Source: Terriglobia bacterium
GTDB taxonomy: Bacteria; Acidobacteriota; Polarisedimenticolia; Polarisedimenticolales; JAIQFR01
Reading direction: 5' to 3'
Length of the DNA: 64,000 nt
Assembly (NCBI GenBank): GCA_963748015.1
Contig: CAVVHE010000004.1
Span: 544,001 to 608,000 of the forward strand
The notes under the pieces are model-generated. The model searched no databases and had not been told where the DNA came from. It saw nothing but the letters and a program-made list of their open reading frames with translations. Shown here one piece after another: positions 22,037 to 31,818 of this stretch (position 1 is its first letter; every line of letters starts with the position of its first letter). A program made the translations under genes and the position numbers.

Positions 22037-23101
22037 CTAGGCCAGCGACGCGAGATCGGCGAAGGCGGCGCGGGCGGTCTCGAAGGCGGCGAGATCGACG
22101 GGTGCCGCGGGGTAGCGCGCGGCGGTCCGGCGGACGGAGTCGGCCGCGGCTTCGAGGCGCGCGGCGAAGGCGGGATCCGCCGCCGCCGCGCTCGCCAGGG
22201 CGTCGCGCGCGCGACAGGCACGGTCGAGGTCCTTGCAGTAGAGCAGGAGGTCACAGCCCGCGGCGATCGCCGCGACCGCCGCGCGTCCGTCGGGATCGAG
22301 CGGCGCGACCGCCCCCATCTCCATGTCGTCGGTCACGACGAGTCCCGCATAGCCGAGCCGTTCCCGGAGCCAGCCGGTGACGATCGGCGGCGAGAGCGTC
22401 GCGGGTCGTCCGGGGAGCGGATCGAGGTCGGGATAGGAGCCGTGCCCGACCATCACCGAAGCCGCGCGGGGCCCGAGCCGGCGGTAGGGGAGGAGATCCC
22501 GGCCGAGGAGCGAGTCCGGGTCGCACCGGAACACGGGGAGAGCCTCGTGGGGGTCCACCGTCGTGTTGCCGATCCCCGGGAAGTGCTTGATGCAACCGGC
22601 GATCCCCGTTTCCTGGAGCCCATCGAGAAAGACGCCGGCGAGGTGTGCGACCCGCTCGGGGTCGGTCCCGAAAGCCCGGTCGCCGATGGCGCCCGGCGAG
22701 CCGGGCTCGCCGAGATCCACGACCGGAGCGAAATCGAAGTTGAAGCCCAGCGACCGCAGCGCGCTCCCCGTGGCGAGTGCCGCGGCGCGCGTCGCCGCCT
22801 CGCCGCGCGCGGAAAGGGCGGCGGCGCTCGGAGCGGGACCGATCCACGGCCGGAGGCGGCTGACGCGTCCGCCCTCCTGGTCGAGTGCGAGGATGTGCGG
22901 GGCGGGGAGTTGCGGCCCGAGGGCCGCGACGAGCGCGACGAGATCCGAGGGGCGGTCGAGATTCCTCGCGAACAGGATCACGCCCGCGGGGCGCAGGTGG
23001 CGGAGCGCCTCCGTGCTCTCCCGTTCCAGGAACGGGGACGGTAGCCCCACCACGAGGACCCGCCCTGCGAGAACGCCCCAATCGTTCGTCGTCCGGATCA
23101 T
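22037..23101 (-). CDS. nagZ: Beta-N-acetylhexosaminidase, GH3
   Basis: GVILFARN, DQEGGRVSR, FAPVVD, KHFPGIG..VDPH, TDDMEMGA; RBS GGAGG. Confidence 0.9.
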   Translation of the reverse strand: MIRTTNDWGVLAGRVLVVGLPSPFLERESTEALRHLRPAGVILFARNLDRPSDLVALVAALGPQLPAPHILALDQEGGRVSRLRPWIGPAPSAAALSARGEAATRAAALATGSALRSLGFNFDFAPVVDLGEPGSPGAIGDRAFGTDPERVAHLAGVFLDGLQETGIAGCIKHFPGIGNTTVDPHEALPVFRCDPDSLLGRDLLPYRRLGPRAASVMVGHGSYPDLDPLPGRPATLSPPIVTGWLRERLGYAGLVVTDDMEMGAVAPLDPDGRAAVAAIAAGCDLLLYCKDLDRACRARDALASAAAADPAFAARLEAAADSVRRTAARYPAAPVDLAAFETARAAFADLASLA

Positions 23102-23242
23102 CCGTCCTCCACGCTCCGCGGCATCCTACGAGCTTCCGGAGCCTCGTGACAAGGGACCACGTCTCCGTAATCTCGATGACGATTTCGTAATTGCCGCTCC
23201 TTTCCATCGCCTCGTGCCGCGCGACCGGCACGGTGCGGTTCA

Positions 23243-23258
23243 CGGCACGCATCGTGCA
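23243..23258 (+). promoter_or_regulatory. Putative sigma-54 (-24/-12) promoter upstream of the M23 peptidase
   Basis: CGGCACGCATCGTGCA has the GG-N10-GC spacing and GGCACG core. Confidence 0.45.
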
Positions 23259-23278
23259 GAACTACCAGGGGCGATCCG

Positions 23279-23307
23279 TTGACGAGCACTGGGTCGCATG
23301 ATAAGTT
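23279..23307 (+). promoter_or_regulatory. Putative sigma-70 promoter upstream of the M23 peptidase
   Basis: TTGACG-17 bp-TAAGTT with extended TG. Confidence 0.5.
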
Positions 23308-23423
23308 TTCGCCTCGGCGGATCGGGAATCGGCGTGTTGCCGGGGCTAGTAGGGCACCACCTCCTCGTGGTCGTGGGCAAGGGTCACGTCCGGAAAGGTG
23401 ACTCGCCCAGGAGGAAAACTGGC

Positions 23424-24311
23424 ATGCCGCGAAAGTTCTACACGATCTTCATCCTGCCGCACGCGCACGCCCGTTTTCGCAAGATCCACGTGTCGCGGAA
23501 TTTCCTGCTGATCCTCGCGGGCATCGTCGCCGTAGCGATCGTGGCCGGCGCGACGACCCCGCACCTGTTCCTTTCCATCCACGCCCGCACGCAGGCGATC
23601 GCGAGCCTTCAGGCCGAGAATCGGAAGCTCAAGGCCGAGAACGGCCGCTTCGAGGCGTCGCTCGCCCAGCTCGGCGCCCAGATCAACGCGTTCGAGACGG
23701 GCGTGCGCCGGCTCGCGTCGGCTGTCGGGATCAAGGACCTTCCGAGCCTCCACCCCTCGTCGGGAGGCGGGATGTTCGGGAAGAGCCCGACGGCCGGACA
23801 GAATGCGATGCTCGACGAGGAGCTGCGGGCGCTGAAGTCTCGCGCGGTGTCCCTCGACTCGTCGCTCGACCAACTCAACCAGAAGTGGGAGGAGAGGCTC
23901 CGGCTCCTCGCGTCCACCCCGCTCGGACTCCCCGTTTCGGGGGGCTTCTCGGACGGCTTCGGGTGGAGGAAAGATCCGTTCACCGGGCAGCCCGAGTTCC
24001 ACACCGGCCTCGACGTCGTCGCCCCGTCCGGAACGGTCGTTCGTGCGACGGCAGACGGAGTCGTGACCCGGGTCGGCCGGGAAAGCGGTTACGGCAAAAT
24101 GGTCCAGCTGTCCCACGGGTACGGCCTCGGAACGCTCTACGGCCACCTCTCGGTGACTCGGGTGAAGCCAGGGCAGCGCGTCCGTCGAGGCGACGAGATC
24201 GGCCGGGTGGGTTCCACCGGGAGGTCCACCGGGCCTCACGTCCACTACGAGGTCGTCAAGGGCGGCCACCGGGTGGACCCCCGGAAGTACACCTCCGATT
24301 CGCGTTTCTGA
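23424..24311 (+). CDS. M23 family peptidoglycan endopeptidase with N-terminal TM and coiled coil
   Basis: HTGLD, YGHLS, STGPHVHYEV; RBS AGGAGG before ATG 23424. Confidence 0.92.
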   Translation: MPRKFYTIFILPHAHARFRKIHVSRNFLLILAGIVAVAIVAGATTPHLFLSIHARTQAIASLQAENRKLKAENGRFEASLAQLGAQINAFETGVRRLASAVGIKDLPSLHPSSGGGMFGKSPTAGQNAMLDEELRALKSRAVSLDSSLDQLNQKWEERLRLLASTPLGLPVSGGFSDGFGWRKDPFTGQPEFHTGLDVVAPSGTVVRATADGVVTRVGRESGYGKMVQLSHGYGLGTLYGHLSVTRVKPGQRVRRGDEIGRVGSTGRSTGPHVHYEVVKGGHRVDPRKYTSDSRF

Positions 24312-24371
24312 TTCTCCTTCCGGCTCCTTTCCCGCCCGCGCGGCCGCGCCCCGCGTGATAATCTCGGATCG

Positions 24372-25367
24372 ATGAGCCCCGAAGATCCCTCCGGGCCCGA
24401 GCCCGACCTCCTCGCCGATCCCCTCGACGAGGAACAGGCTCGGGAGGGCGGCGACACGACCCCCACCGGGCAGGTCACCGGAGCGCTCGTTCCGGCCGGA
24501 GGCCGATCGCTCGCGATCGCGGATCCCCTCAGGCGGTACGTCGCCGAGATCCGCCGCTACCCGCCGCTCTCGCGCGAGGAGGAGCAGCGCCTCGCGAGGC
24601 TCTACCGCGAGACCGGGGACCGGGACGCGCTCCTTCGCCTCGCGACGTCCAACCTGATGCTCGTCGTGCGGATGGCGTTGTCGTTCCGGCGCGCGATCCG
24701 CAACGTGCTGGACCTCGTGCAGGAGGGAAACGTCGGCCTGATGCAGGCGATCGAGCGGTTCGATCCGGAGATGGAGATCCGGTTGCCGACCTACGCGACC
24801 TGGTGGATACGCGCCTACATCGTGAAGTACCTGCTGGACAACGTCCGGCAGGTCCGGGTCGGGACCACCAACGCCCGCCGTAAGCTGCTCCACAACCTCG
24901 CCCAGGAGAAGCGCCGCCTGGAGGAGCAGGGCTACGAGGTGGGTCCCAAGCTGCTCGCGGACCGGTTCGGTGTCTCGGAGGAGGACGTCCGCGACGTCGA
25001 GCAGGCCCTGTCCTCGAGGGACGTGCATCTCGACGCACCGATAGGCGGGGAGGGAGACCAGACCCACGGCGACGTGATGGCCTCCGAGGGGCCCTCGGTC
25101 GAGGAGGAGGTGGCCCGACGGGAGCTCCAGCAGAAGGTCCGGGCCGCGATCGACCTCTTCCGGGCGGATCTCTCGGAACGGGACCGAATGATTCTCGACC
25201 TGCGGATCCTCAGCGACGACCCCCTGACGCTCCAGGCCCTCGGCGATCGCTTCGGCACCACGCGGGAGGCGGTCCGCCAGGCGGAGGCCAAGCTGATGGC
25301 CCGCCTCAAGGAGCGCCTCACCGCCGAGCTCGGCGACCTGGGGTCCTTCCGCATCGGACCGGCCTGA
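24372..25367 (+). CDS. RNA polymerase sigma factor, RpoH/sigma-32-like
   Basis: DLVQEGNVGLMQA, TYATWWIRAYI, RpoH-box-like TTNARRKLLHNL, region 4 HTH TREAVRQAE. Confidence 0.85.
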   Translation: MSPEDPSGPEPDLLADPLDEEQAREGGDTTPTGQVTGALVPAGGRSLAIADPLRRYVAEIRRYPPLSREEEQRLARLYRETGDRDALLRLATSNLMLVVRMALSFRRAIRNVLDLVQEGNVGLMQAIERFDPEMEIRLPTYATWWIRAYIVKYLLDNVRQVRVGTTNARRKLLHNLAQEKRRLEEQGYEVGPKLLADRFGVSEEDVRDVEQALSSRDVHLDAPIGGEGDQTHGDVMASEGPSVEEEVARRELQQKVRAAIDLFRADLSERDRMILDLRILSDDPLTLQALGDRFGTTREAVRQAEAKLMARLKERLTAELGDLGSFRIGPA

Positions 25368-25433
25368 GCCCCGACGGCACGCTCCGGCGCCTCCGGAGAC
25401 GGATTCTGCCCCAATTTCCGCTAATCCCTTGTT

Positions 25434-25449
25434 TGGTCCACATCTTGCA
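25434..25449 (+). promoter_or_regulatory. Putative sigma-54 (-24/-12) promoter
   Basis: TGGTCCACATCTTGCA (TGG-N8-TTGCA) followed by AT-rich TTAATATT in a GC-rich genome. Confidence 0.6.
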
Positions 25450-25529
25450 ATTAATATTCACCCTAGCCGGGCGGAGTCACCGCCGTGGATCGGGTGGATC
25501 GCTCCGGACGCCGGGCCCAAGAGGTGGAG

Positions 25530-25640
25530 ATGCAGTGGATCTTGTTGATCGGGGCCGTTTTGCTGAGCTTGGGCTTGGCCGTGGGCACCGCGTCGATCGC
25601 GTTCACTCTCTTCTTTCGAATCCTGCAAAAATTACGCTGA
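25530..25640 (+). CDS. Small single-pass membrane peptide, 36 aa (not in ORF track)
   Basis: MQWILLIGAVLLSLGLAVGTASIAFTLFFRILQKLR*; purine-rich GAGGTGGAG upstream; hydrophobic core with basic C-terminus. Confidence 0.6.
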   Translation: MQWILLIGAVLLSLGLAVGTASIAFTLFFRILQKLR

Positions 25641-25732
25641 CCCGATCCTTTTGACGTGACCCCGCCGGCTCCCGGGTGCTATACCAGCACTCGGACGCCC
25701 CGGGGATCCTCACCCGGGGGCCGCGGGGACCC

Positions 25733-27121
25733 ATGGGCGATCACATGCTGGTGGTGGACGACGAGTTCGGCTCCCGGGACGGGCTGCGCAAGTTGCTCGA
25801 GGCCCTGGGGCATCGGGTGGAGACCGCCTCCTCGGCGGAGGAAGCGCTCGAGAAGGTCGAGCACAATCCGCCGTCCGCGATCTTCACGGACCTCGTGATG
25901 CCCGGGCTCGACGGGCTCGAGTTCATCAGGCGGCTCCAGAAGACCAACGACATCCCGGTCGTCCTATTCTCCGCTCAGGGGACGGAGGAGCAGGCGGTCG
26001 AGGCGATGCGCCTCGGCGCGCAGGACTTCCTCGAGAAGCCCGTAGAGCCGCTCAAGCTCAAGATCCTCCTCACGCGTCTCGGCCGTGCCCGCGAGCTCGA
26101 GGCGGAGAAGCGCCGCCTGAAGGCCGAGCTCAGGGAGCGCGGCGCGTTCGAACGGCTGCGGGGCGAGTCCGAGAAGATGCGGGCGGTCTTCCGGCAGATC
26201 GAGCAGGTCGCCCCGAGCACGCTGTCGGTCCTCATCGTCGGCGAGAGCGGGACCGGCAAGGAACTGGTCGCGCAGACGCTGCACGAGCTCTCGGGACGGA
26301 GAAAGTTCGAGTTCGTGGCGCTCAACTGCGCGGCGATCCCGGCGACGCTCCTCGAGAGCGAGATCTTCGGCCACGAGCGGGGCTCGTTCACGGGCGCGCT
26401 GCAGAGGAAGATCGGCTGCTTCGAGATGGCGCATCGCGGAACGCTCTTCCTGGACGAGATCGCCGAGATGGACGAGAACCTGCAGGCGAAGCTCCTGCGG
26501 GTGCTCCAGGAGCAGCGGTTCCGCCGTGTCGGCGGGCGCGAGGTGATCGAGGCCGACGTGAGGGTGCTCGCGGCCACCAACCGCGATCCGATGAAGGCGA
26601 TGGCCGACGGCAAGCTCCGAGAGGACCTCTACTACCGGCTCAACGTGTTCACGATCGCGCTGCCGGCCCTGCGGGAGCACCCCGAGGACATCCGTCCCCT
26701 CTGCCGCCACTTCGCGGAGCAATACGCCGCGCGGGCCGGCTCGACCGTTCCGGTCATTCACCAGTCGGCCATGGAGGCGCTCCTGGCTCACCCCTGGCCG
26801 GGAAACGTCCGCGAGCTGAAGAACTCGATCGAGCGCGCCGCGCTGCTATCGGGCGGCGGGACGATCCTGCCGGAGCACCTGCCTCCCGAGGTGCTGACCT
26901 CCCGCGCGGTCGCGGCGTCGCCCGCGGCCAGCGCGCAGGGGCGGGGCACCCCCGGCGCCCCGGGGGTCACCCTCGCCATCGGCACGACGATGGAGGACGC
27001 GGAGCGCGAGATGATCCGCTCGACGCTGGCCCATACCGGCGGGAACAAGACGCAAGCCGCTCGCATTCTCCGCATTTCGCTCAAGACGATGCACAACAAG
27101 GTGAAAAGATTCCGTCTGTGA
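25733..27121 (+). CDS. Sigma-54-dependent response regulator (NtrC/AtoC family)
   Basis: REC domain (VVDDE, DLVMP), GESGTGKE, GSFTGA, LDEIAE, WPGNVREL, Fis-type HTH GNKTQAA. Confidence 0.95.
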   Translation: MGDHMLVVDDEFGSRDGLRKLLEALGHRVETASSAEEALEKVEHNPPSAIFTDLVMPGLDGLEFIRRLQKTNDIPVVLFSAQGTEEQAVEAMRLGAQDFLEKPVEPLKLKILLTRLGRARELEAEKRRLKAELRERGAFERLRGESEKMRAVFRQIEQVAPSTLSVLIVGESGTGKELVAQTLHELSGRRKFEFVALNCAAIPATLLESEIFGHERGSFTGALQRKIGCFEMAHRGTLFLDEIAEMDENLQAKLLRVLQEQRFRRVGGREVIEADVRVLAATNRDPMKAMADGKLREDLYYRLNVFTIALPALREHPEDIRPLCRHFAEQYAARAGSTVPVIHQSAMEALLAHPWPGNVRELKNSIERAALLSGGGTILPEHLPPEVLTSRAVAASPAASAQGRGTPGAPGVTLAIGTTMEDAEREMIRSTLAHTGGNKTQAARILRISLKTMHNKVKRFRL

Positions 27122-29007
27122 GAAGCCTTCTTCCCTTCCGCATTTTCGTGGTGCAGCTGCTCTTCACCGTCGTCGCGGCCGCGGCCGCGGTGGCGCTCGT
27201 CCGCCAGGCCTTCGAACGCTACGCGGAGGCGTGGCGCCAGGAGATCGCCGCGATCCCGGTCCAGCTGCCGCTTCAGCCGCTCGTGAACGAGGTGGCCGCG
27301 GCGTACCTGACGCGCCTCGAGGACGTCGTTCCGGAGCGCCGCGAGGCGGCGAGGGAGCGGATTTCGGAGGGGCTGGCGAGCCTGCTGATGGCCGTCCCCG
27401 CCATTTCGAGCCTCGTGGTCGTGGACACGGACCTCAGGATCCAGTTCGCTTCGGACAAGGACCTGCTGGATCTGGCCTACAAGGATCCCGAGTACCGGGC
27501 GCTCCTGTCGTCGGACGTCGAGTCCCGCCGGCCGGTCGCTTCGCGCGAAGGCGACCTGTCCGAGGTGTTCTGGCCGATCTTCGCGCGGGAGAAGGGAGGC
27601 GGCGGCCCGGGGGAGCGCAGGCGGCTCGGCGGAGTCCTCGCCAGGTACCACGCCAGCGCGACCCGTCTCGAGAACTACCCCACGCAGGTTCCCGTCGTCC
27701 CCGTTTCCTGGGAGGCTGTGACGCGCGCGCTGACGCCGTTCCTCGTCTCGGCGGTCATGGCGAGCGTGCTCGTCTCCGCGTGGACCGTGATTCCCGTTCG
27801 GCGTCTCGTGCGCGCCGTCGAGGAGTACAAGGCCCGCGGATTCCGGGGCGAGATCGATCCGGAGAGCCTCGGGCTACAGGGCGACCTGGCGTCGGCGGCG
27901 CGGGCCATCAGCGAGATGGCCGGGCGTCTCGACCGGCTCGACGCGCGAAGCCGCGAGCGCGAGGCGCTCCTCGAAACGCTGACCCAATCGCTCGAGGAGG
28001 GGATGGTGGCGCTGGGCCCGGACGGCGTCCCGGTCGCATGGAACGCCGCCGCCGCGCGGGTGCTCGTGCCGTCGGGGTCCCGGGACCCGGACGGGCTCCG
28101 CGACGCGATCCGCCAGCGGCTGGCCGAGATCGGTGGGGGCGAAGCCGTGAGCGCGGCCGTGCCGATCGAGGTCGACCTCGGGAACGGCGTCGGCGGCGCG
28201 ACGAGGTGCCGGATCACCTCGATGCCCCTCGGCGAGAAGCCCGGCCAAGGCGGGATGCTGGTGCTGCTCCGCGACCTCACGATGCTGCGAAAGGTCGAGG
28301 CGCACCTGGTCGAGGCGGGACGCTTCGCCACCCTGGCGCACCTCGCCGGAGCGCTCGCCCACGAGATACGCAATCCGCTGAACTCCATCGGCCTCAACGC
28401 CGCCGCGGTGAAGGAGAACCTGGGCTCGGGGCCGGGGGAGCCGCGCGTGAAAGCGATGCGCGAGTGCGTCGGCACGATCCAGGAGGAGACCAGGCGGCTC
28501 ACCGACCTGCTGAACAACTACCTCGGCCTGCTCCGCTCGAGCCCGGTCGAGGACGCGGTGGATCTGGCCGGCGTGTGCCGCCGCGTGAGCCAGCTCCTGC
28601 GCTACACGGCGCTCAAGGCCCAGGTGGACATCGTCATCGAGACGGACGACCGCCTGCCCACGGTTCGGGGCGTTCCCGACCGGCTGCAGCAGGCGGTGCT
28701 GAACCTCGCGCTGAACGGGATCCAGGCCACGCCGCGGGGAGGGCGGGTCACGATGTCCGCGCGCGGCGAGAGAGGACGGGTCCTGCTCACCGTTTCCGAC
28801 ACGGGGCGCGGGGTCCCGCCCGAGCTGATCCCCGGCCTTTTCGAGGCCAAGGTGACCACGAAGCCCGGCGGTACCGGTCTGGGGCTGCCGCTCGTCAGGA
28901 TCATCGCCGAGGCGCACGGCGGGCAGGTCAGCTACGCGCCCACGCCGGGGGGAGGGGCCGCGTTCACGCTCGTCCTCCCTCTCCGCGAGGCGGCCGTCAT
29001 CGCCTGA
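27118..29007 (+). CDS. Membrane sensor histidine kinase (2 TM, HAMP/PAS-like, HisKA, HATPase)
   Basis: AHEIRNPL H-box, NLALNG, DTGRG, GTGLGL; overlaps regulator stop. Confidence 0.92.
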   Translation: MRSLLPFRIFVVQLLFTVVAAAAAVALVRQAFERYAEAWRQEIAAIPVQLPLQPLVNEVAAAYLTRLEDVVPERREAARERISEGLASLLMAVPAISSLVVVDTDLRIQFASDKDLLDLAYKDPEYRALLSSDVESRRPVASREGDLSEVFWPIFAREKGGGGPGERRRLGGVLARYHASATRLENYPTQVPVVPVSWEAVTRALTPFLVSAVMASVLVSAWTVIPVRRLVRAVEEYKARGFRGEIDPESLGLQGDLASAARAISEMAGRLDRLDARSREREALLETLTQSLEEGMVALGPDGVPVAWNAAAARVLVPSGSRDPDGLRDAIRQRLAEIGGGEAVSAAVPIEVDLGNGVGGATRCRITSMPLGEKPGQGGMLVLLRDLTMLRKVEAHLVEAGRFATLAHLAGALAHEIRNPLNSIGLNAAAVKENLGSGPGEPRVKAMRECVGTIQEETRRLTDLLNNYLGLLRSSPVEDAVDLAGVCRRVSQLLRYTALKAQVDIVIETDDRLPTVRGVPDRLQQAVLNLALNGIQATPRGGRVTMSARGERGRVLLTVSDTGRGVPPELIPGLFEAKVTTKPGGTGLGLPLVRIIAEAHGGQVSYAPTPGGGAAFTLVLPLREAAVIA

Positions 29008-29024
29008 CGAGGCGCTTTGCGCCG

Positions 29025-30734
29025 CTACTGCAGGCTCTCCGCCGTCGCCGGCTTCTCGATCGCTTCTCGCGCCAGGCGGTGGGCGTCCTTCTGGTCGGGC
29101 AGCTCGAGGACCTTGCGGTACTCGCCGAGCGCGTCTTCCCGCCGAGACTGGACGTCGAAGAGCCGGCCGAGCTGGTAGTGGCCGAAGATCAGGTACATGG
29201 CGTCCTTCGGGCCCGCGGCGAGCGAGATCACGCGCTTGAGGTGTTCCTCGGCGGCGGGGTAGGCCCGGGTCCTCATCTCGGCCGACGCGAGATTGAACAG
29301 GACCTGCAGGTCGTTCGGGCGTAACGCGAGGGCGCGCTTCATGGCGGCCACGACACCCGCGTAGTCGCCGGCCGTCAGTCGCTCCTGGGCCTCGGACTGG
29401 ATCTTCAGGAACGCCACGTCGTCGCCCCGGGCGGCGGCGCGCCGCCGGACCCATTCCTTGAAGGTCGTCTCCACCGCGTCCTTGGGCTTGCCGAGGGCGA
29501 GAGCGAGGGCGGACACGTTTCCCTCGCGAAGGCCGTAGGCCTTCTTCAAGGCGGCGGCTCCGCCAGTCTCGCGGATCCAGGTCACGAGGAGGCCCGCCGC
29601 GGGGTAGCGCAGCGTGTCCTGCATGCCCCTCGCTTTCTCCTCGTCGAGAAGATCGTCCATCGCCGGGAAACTCCCGCTCGCGAGCATCGTCGCGGCGTGA
29701 ACGTCGAGATCGAAGCCTCGGTAAGATCTCTCCTCCGCGAGGGCGAGGCCTTCGTACATCGTGGTGAGGCGACACGGGCCGAGCGCGAAGCGGGCGATGA
29801 TGTGGATCTCCTCGTGCGGTGACGGCGTCCTGGCCGCCCTTCGGGTCATGTGGAGCTCCTGAGCGGCGGGGATCGAGTGCGCGGCATCGGCGAGTCCGGT
29901 CCGCTTCTCCTTGGTCTGCTCGTCGTCGTAGAGGCGAAGCACGATCCGGAATCCCTCGGGAGGCTGCCCGACCGCCGCCGCCGCCAGGGCGAACGCGGAC
30001 TCCCGCGCCTTCTTGATGCTCTCGAGCTCCGACTCGTTCACCCGGGCGGGGTTGTACTCGATCTCGTAGTGCTCCGTGGTGGTGGTGATCTCGCCGGCCG
30101 CCAGGCGCCTCAGGTCGCGGGAGTGGTCCTTCTCGGCCTCCTCTTCCCGCTTCGGCGGCCACGTGGTCTCCTTTTGCAGCATGCCCTGCCGGACGATCCG
30201 GAAATCGCTGTACATCGCCCAGTCGGAGCCCACGGCCGGCAGAACGACCATGCGGTCCCGCTCCGGGTCGATGCGCGACCAGAAGACGAGCACCCTCTTG
30301 GGGTCGAAGGGAGAAGGGGCGAAGAACACCAGATCGAGCGACGGGTCGCTCTCCCGGGCGCCCAGGAACTCGACACCTTCGGAAGAGTGCTTGAACGGGG
30401 AGGGGACGTCGGCCGTCCCGATGGCGCGATTGCCCCAGCCGAGAACCAAGAGGTGCTTGTGCCGCTGCTCGGGCCCGAGCGCGTCGTCGGCGACGACGCT
30501 CGTCTTGACCCCGTGGGCCGTGGAGAGGAACGCGGCGCGCGCTTCGGCGGACCGGCGGTTCTCCGCGGCGTCCTCGCCGGGCCCGGCGGGGTACACGACG
30601 ACCACCTCGTCCAGCCTGAACAGGAAGAGCTCGCCGATGTAGGAATCGCCGGGGATGGGCGGAGGCGCCTGCGCGAGGGCCCCGATCGCGGAGAGAAGGA
30701 CGAGCAACGCTAGGACCAGGACGAATCGATTCAT
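29025..30734 (-). CDS. Exported protein with gluzincin-like HEXXH motif and C-terminal TPRs
   Basis: Signal peptide MNRFVLVLALLVLLSAIGALA; HEEIH followed by YEGLA; TPR-like C-terminus. Confidence 0.7.
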   Translation of the reverse strand: MNRFVLVLALLVLLSAIGALAQAPPPIPGDSYIGELFLFRLDEVVVVYPAGPGEDAAENRRSAEARAAFLSTAHGVKTSVVADDALGPEQRHKHLLVLGWGNRAIGTADVPSPFKHSSEGVEFLGARESDPSLDLVFFAPSPFDPKRVLVFWSRIDPERDRMVVLPAVGSDWAMYSDFRIVRQGMLQKETTWPPKREEEAEKDHSRDLRRLAAGEITTTTEHYEIEYNPARVNESELESIKKARESAFALAAAAVGQPPEGFRIVLRLYDDEQTKEKRTGLADAAHSIPAAQELHMTRRAARTPSPHEEIHIIARFALGPCRLTTMYEGLALAEERSYRGFDLDVHAATMLASGSFPAMDDLLDEEKARGMQDTLRYPAAGLLVTWIRETGGAAALKKAYGLREGNVSALALALGKPKDAVETTFKEWVRRRAAARGDDVAFLKIQSEAQERLTAGDYAGVVAAMKRALALRPNDLQVLFNLASAEMRTRAYPAAEEHLKRVISLAAGPKDAMYLIFGHYQLGRLFDVQSRREDALGEYRKVLELPDQKDAHRLAREAIEKPATAESLQ

Positions 30735-30867
30735 GGCGCGCCTCCGGAGTCCACCATGATAGAGGCGCTTCGCGCACGGTGTCGAGGAAGGTCGGGCGTT
30801 GCCACGACGAACTCCTGCAAATAGAATCGCTCGCCGAACCCCTGGCGACCCTCCGAGGATCCCTGCC

Positions 30868-31818
30868 GTGGAGCCTGCCTGCGCCGTCCGCCCCGCCGTT
30901 CGCGCGAGATCGCTCGTCAAGCGGTTCGGGCCGCTCCTCGCGGTGGACGGAGTCGACCTCGACGTGGCGCCCGGGGAGTGCGTGGCGCTTCTCGGTCCGG
31001 GGGGCGCCGGGAAGACGACCACCCTGCGGATGCTGTACGGGCGAACGCCCGCCACCTCCGGCGAGCTCGAGGTCCTCGGCCTTCCCGTCCCCCGCGGCCT
31101 CAGGAGCATCAAGCGGCGCATCGGGGTGCTGCCGCAGCACGACGACCTCGACGACGCGTTCTCCGTTCTCCGGAACCTGACCCTGCACGGGAGCTGCTTC
31201 GGCCTCGGCGCGAGGGAATGCCGCCGCCGGGCGGCGGAGCTGCTCGGGTTCCTTCAGCTGGAGGATCGACGGGGAGCGCGCCTGCGGGATCTGCCGCCCG
31301 GGGTGAGGCGGCGGCTGATGATCGCGAGGGCGCTGGTTCACGCGCCGGCGCTCCTGCTCCTCGACGAGCCCACCGCGGGGCTTGCTCTCGATGCGCGACT
31401 GGCGGTCTGGGATCGCCTTCGGGCGCTGGGCCGGTCGGGGACCACGGTCCTGTTCGCGACACGCCACGCCCGGGAAGCCGAGCGGCTGGCGAGCCGGGTC
31501 GTGCTGATCGACCACGGGAAGATCCTGGATTCCGGGCCTCCGGACGAGCTGGTGGCGCGCCACGCGGCCGGGCGGGTGGGGGAGCTGGCGGGGTATCCCG
31601 CGGACGCTCTCGCGGCCGTGGATGAATCGGGGCTGCGCCGCGAGTCGGCCGGCGAGAAGCTGCTGGTGCGTTCCCCGGACGAACGGGGGGAGCTTCTGCT
31701 CATGGACCTTGGCGCGCGGTTTCCTGCGGCCCGGGTGACGGTCCGGCCGGGAACGCTCGATGACGTGTTCCTGAAGCTAGCGGGCCGCCCGCTTCCGGAC
31801 GGACCCGATGCCGATTGA
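30868..31818 (+). CDS. ABC transporter ATP-binding protein, NodI/DrrA-like, degenerate motifs
   Basis: GPGGAGKTT, LLDEPT, C-terminal TLDDVFLKLAG; start at GTG 30868 uncertain. Confidence 0.85.
   Translation: MEPACAVRPAVRARSLVKRFGPLLAVDGVDLDVAPGECVALLGPGGAGKTTTLRMLYGRTPATSGELEVLGLPVPRGLRSIKRRIGVLPQHDDLDDAFSVLRNLTLHGSCFGLGARECRRRAAELLGFLQLEDRRGARLRDLPPGVRRRLMIARALVHAPALLLLDEPTAGLALDARLAVWDRLRALGRSGTTVLFATRHAREAERLASRVVLIDHGKILDSGPPDELVARHAAGRVGELAGYPADALAAVDESGLRRESAGEKLLVRSPDERGELLLMDLGARFPAARVTVRPGTLDDVFLKLAGRPLPDGPDAD

Noticed and set aside
23098..23289. 63-aa minus-strand ORF abutting nagZ
   Set aside because: No recognisable motif, and it overlaps predicted divergent promoters; treated as regulatory DNA
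23308..23423. c-di-AMP or c-di-GMP riboswitch in the M23 peptidase leader
   Set aside because: Only a hairpin next to the RBS is visible; the diagnostic conserved segments are missing
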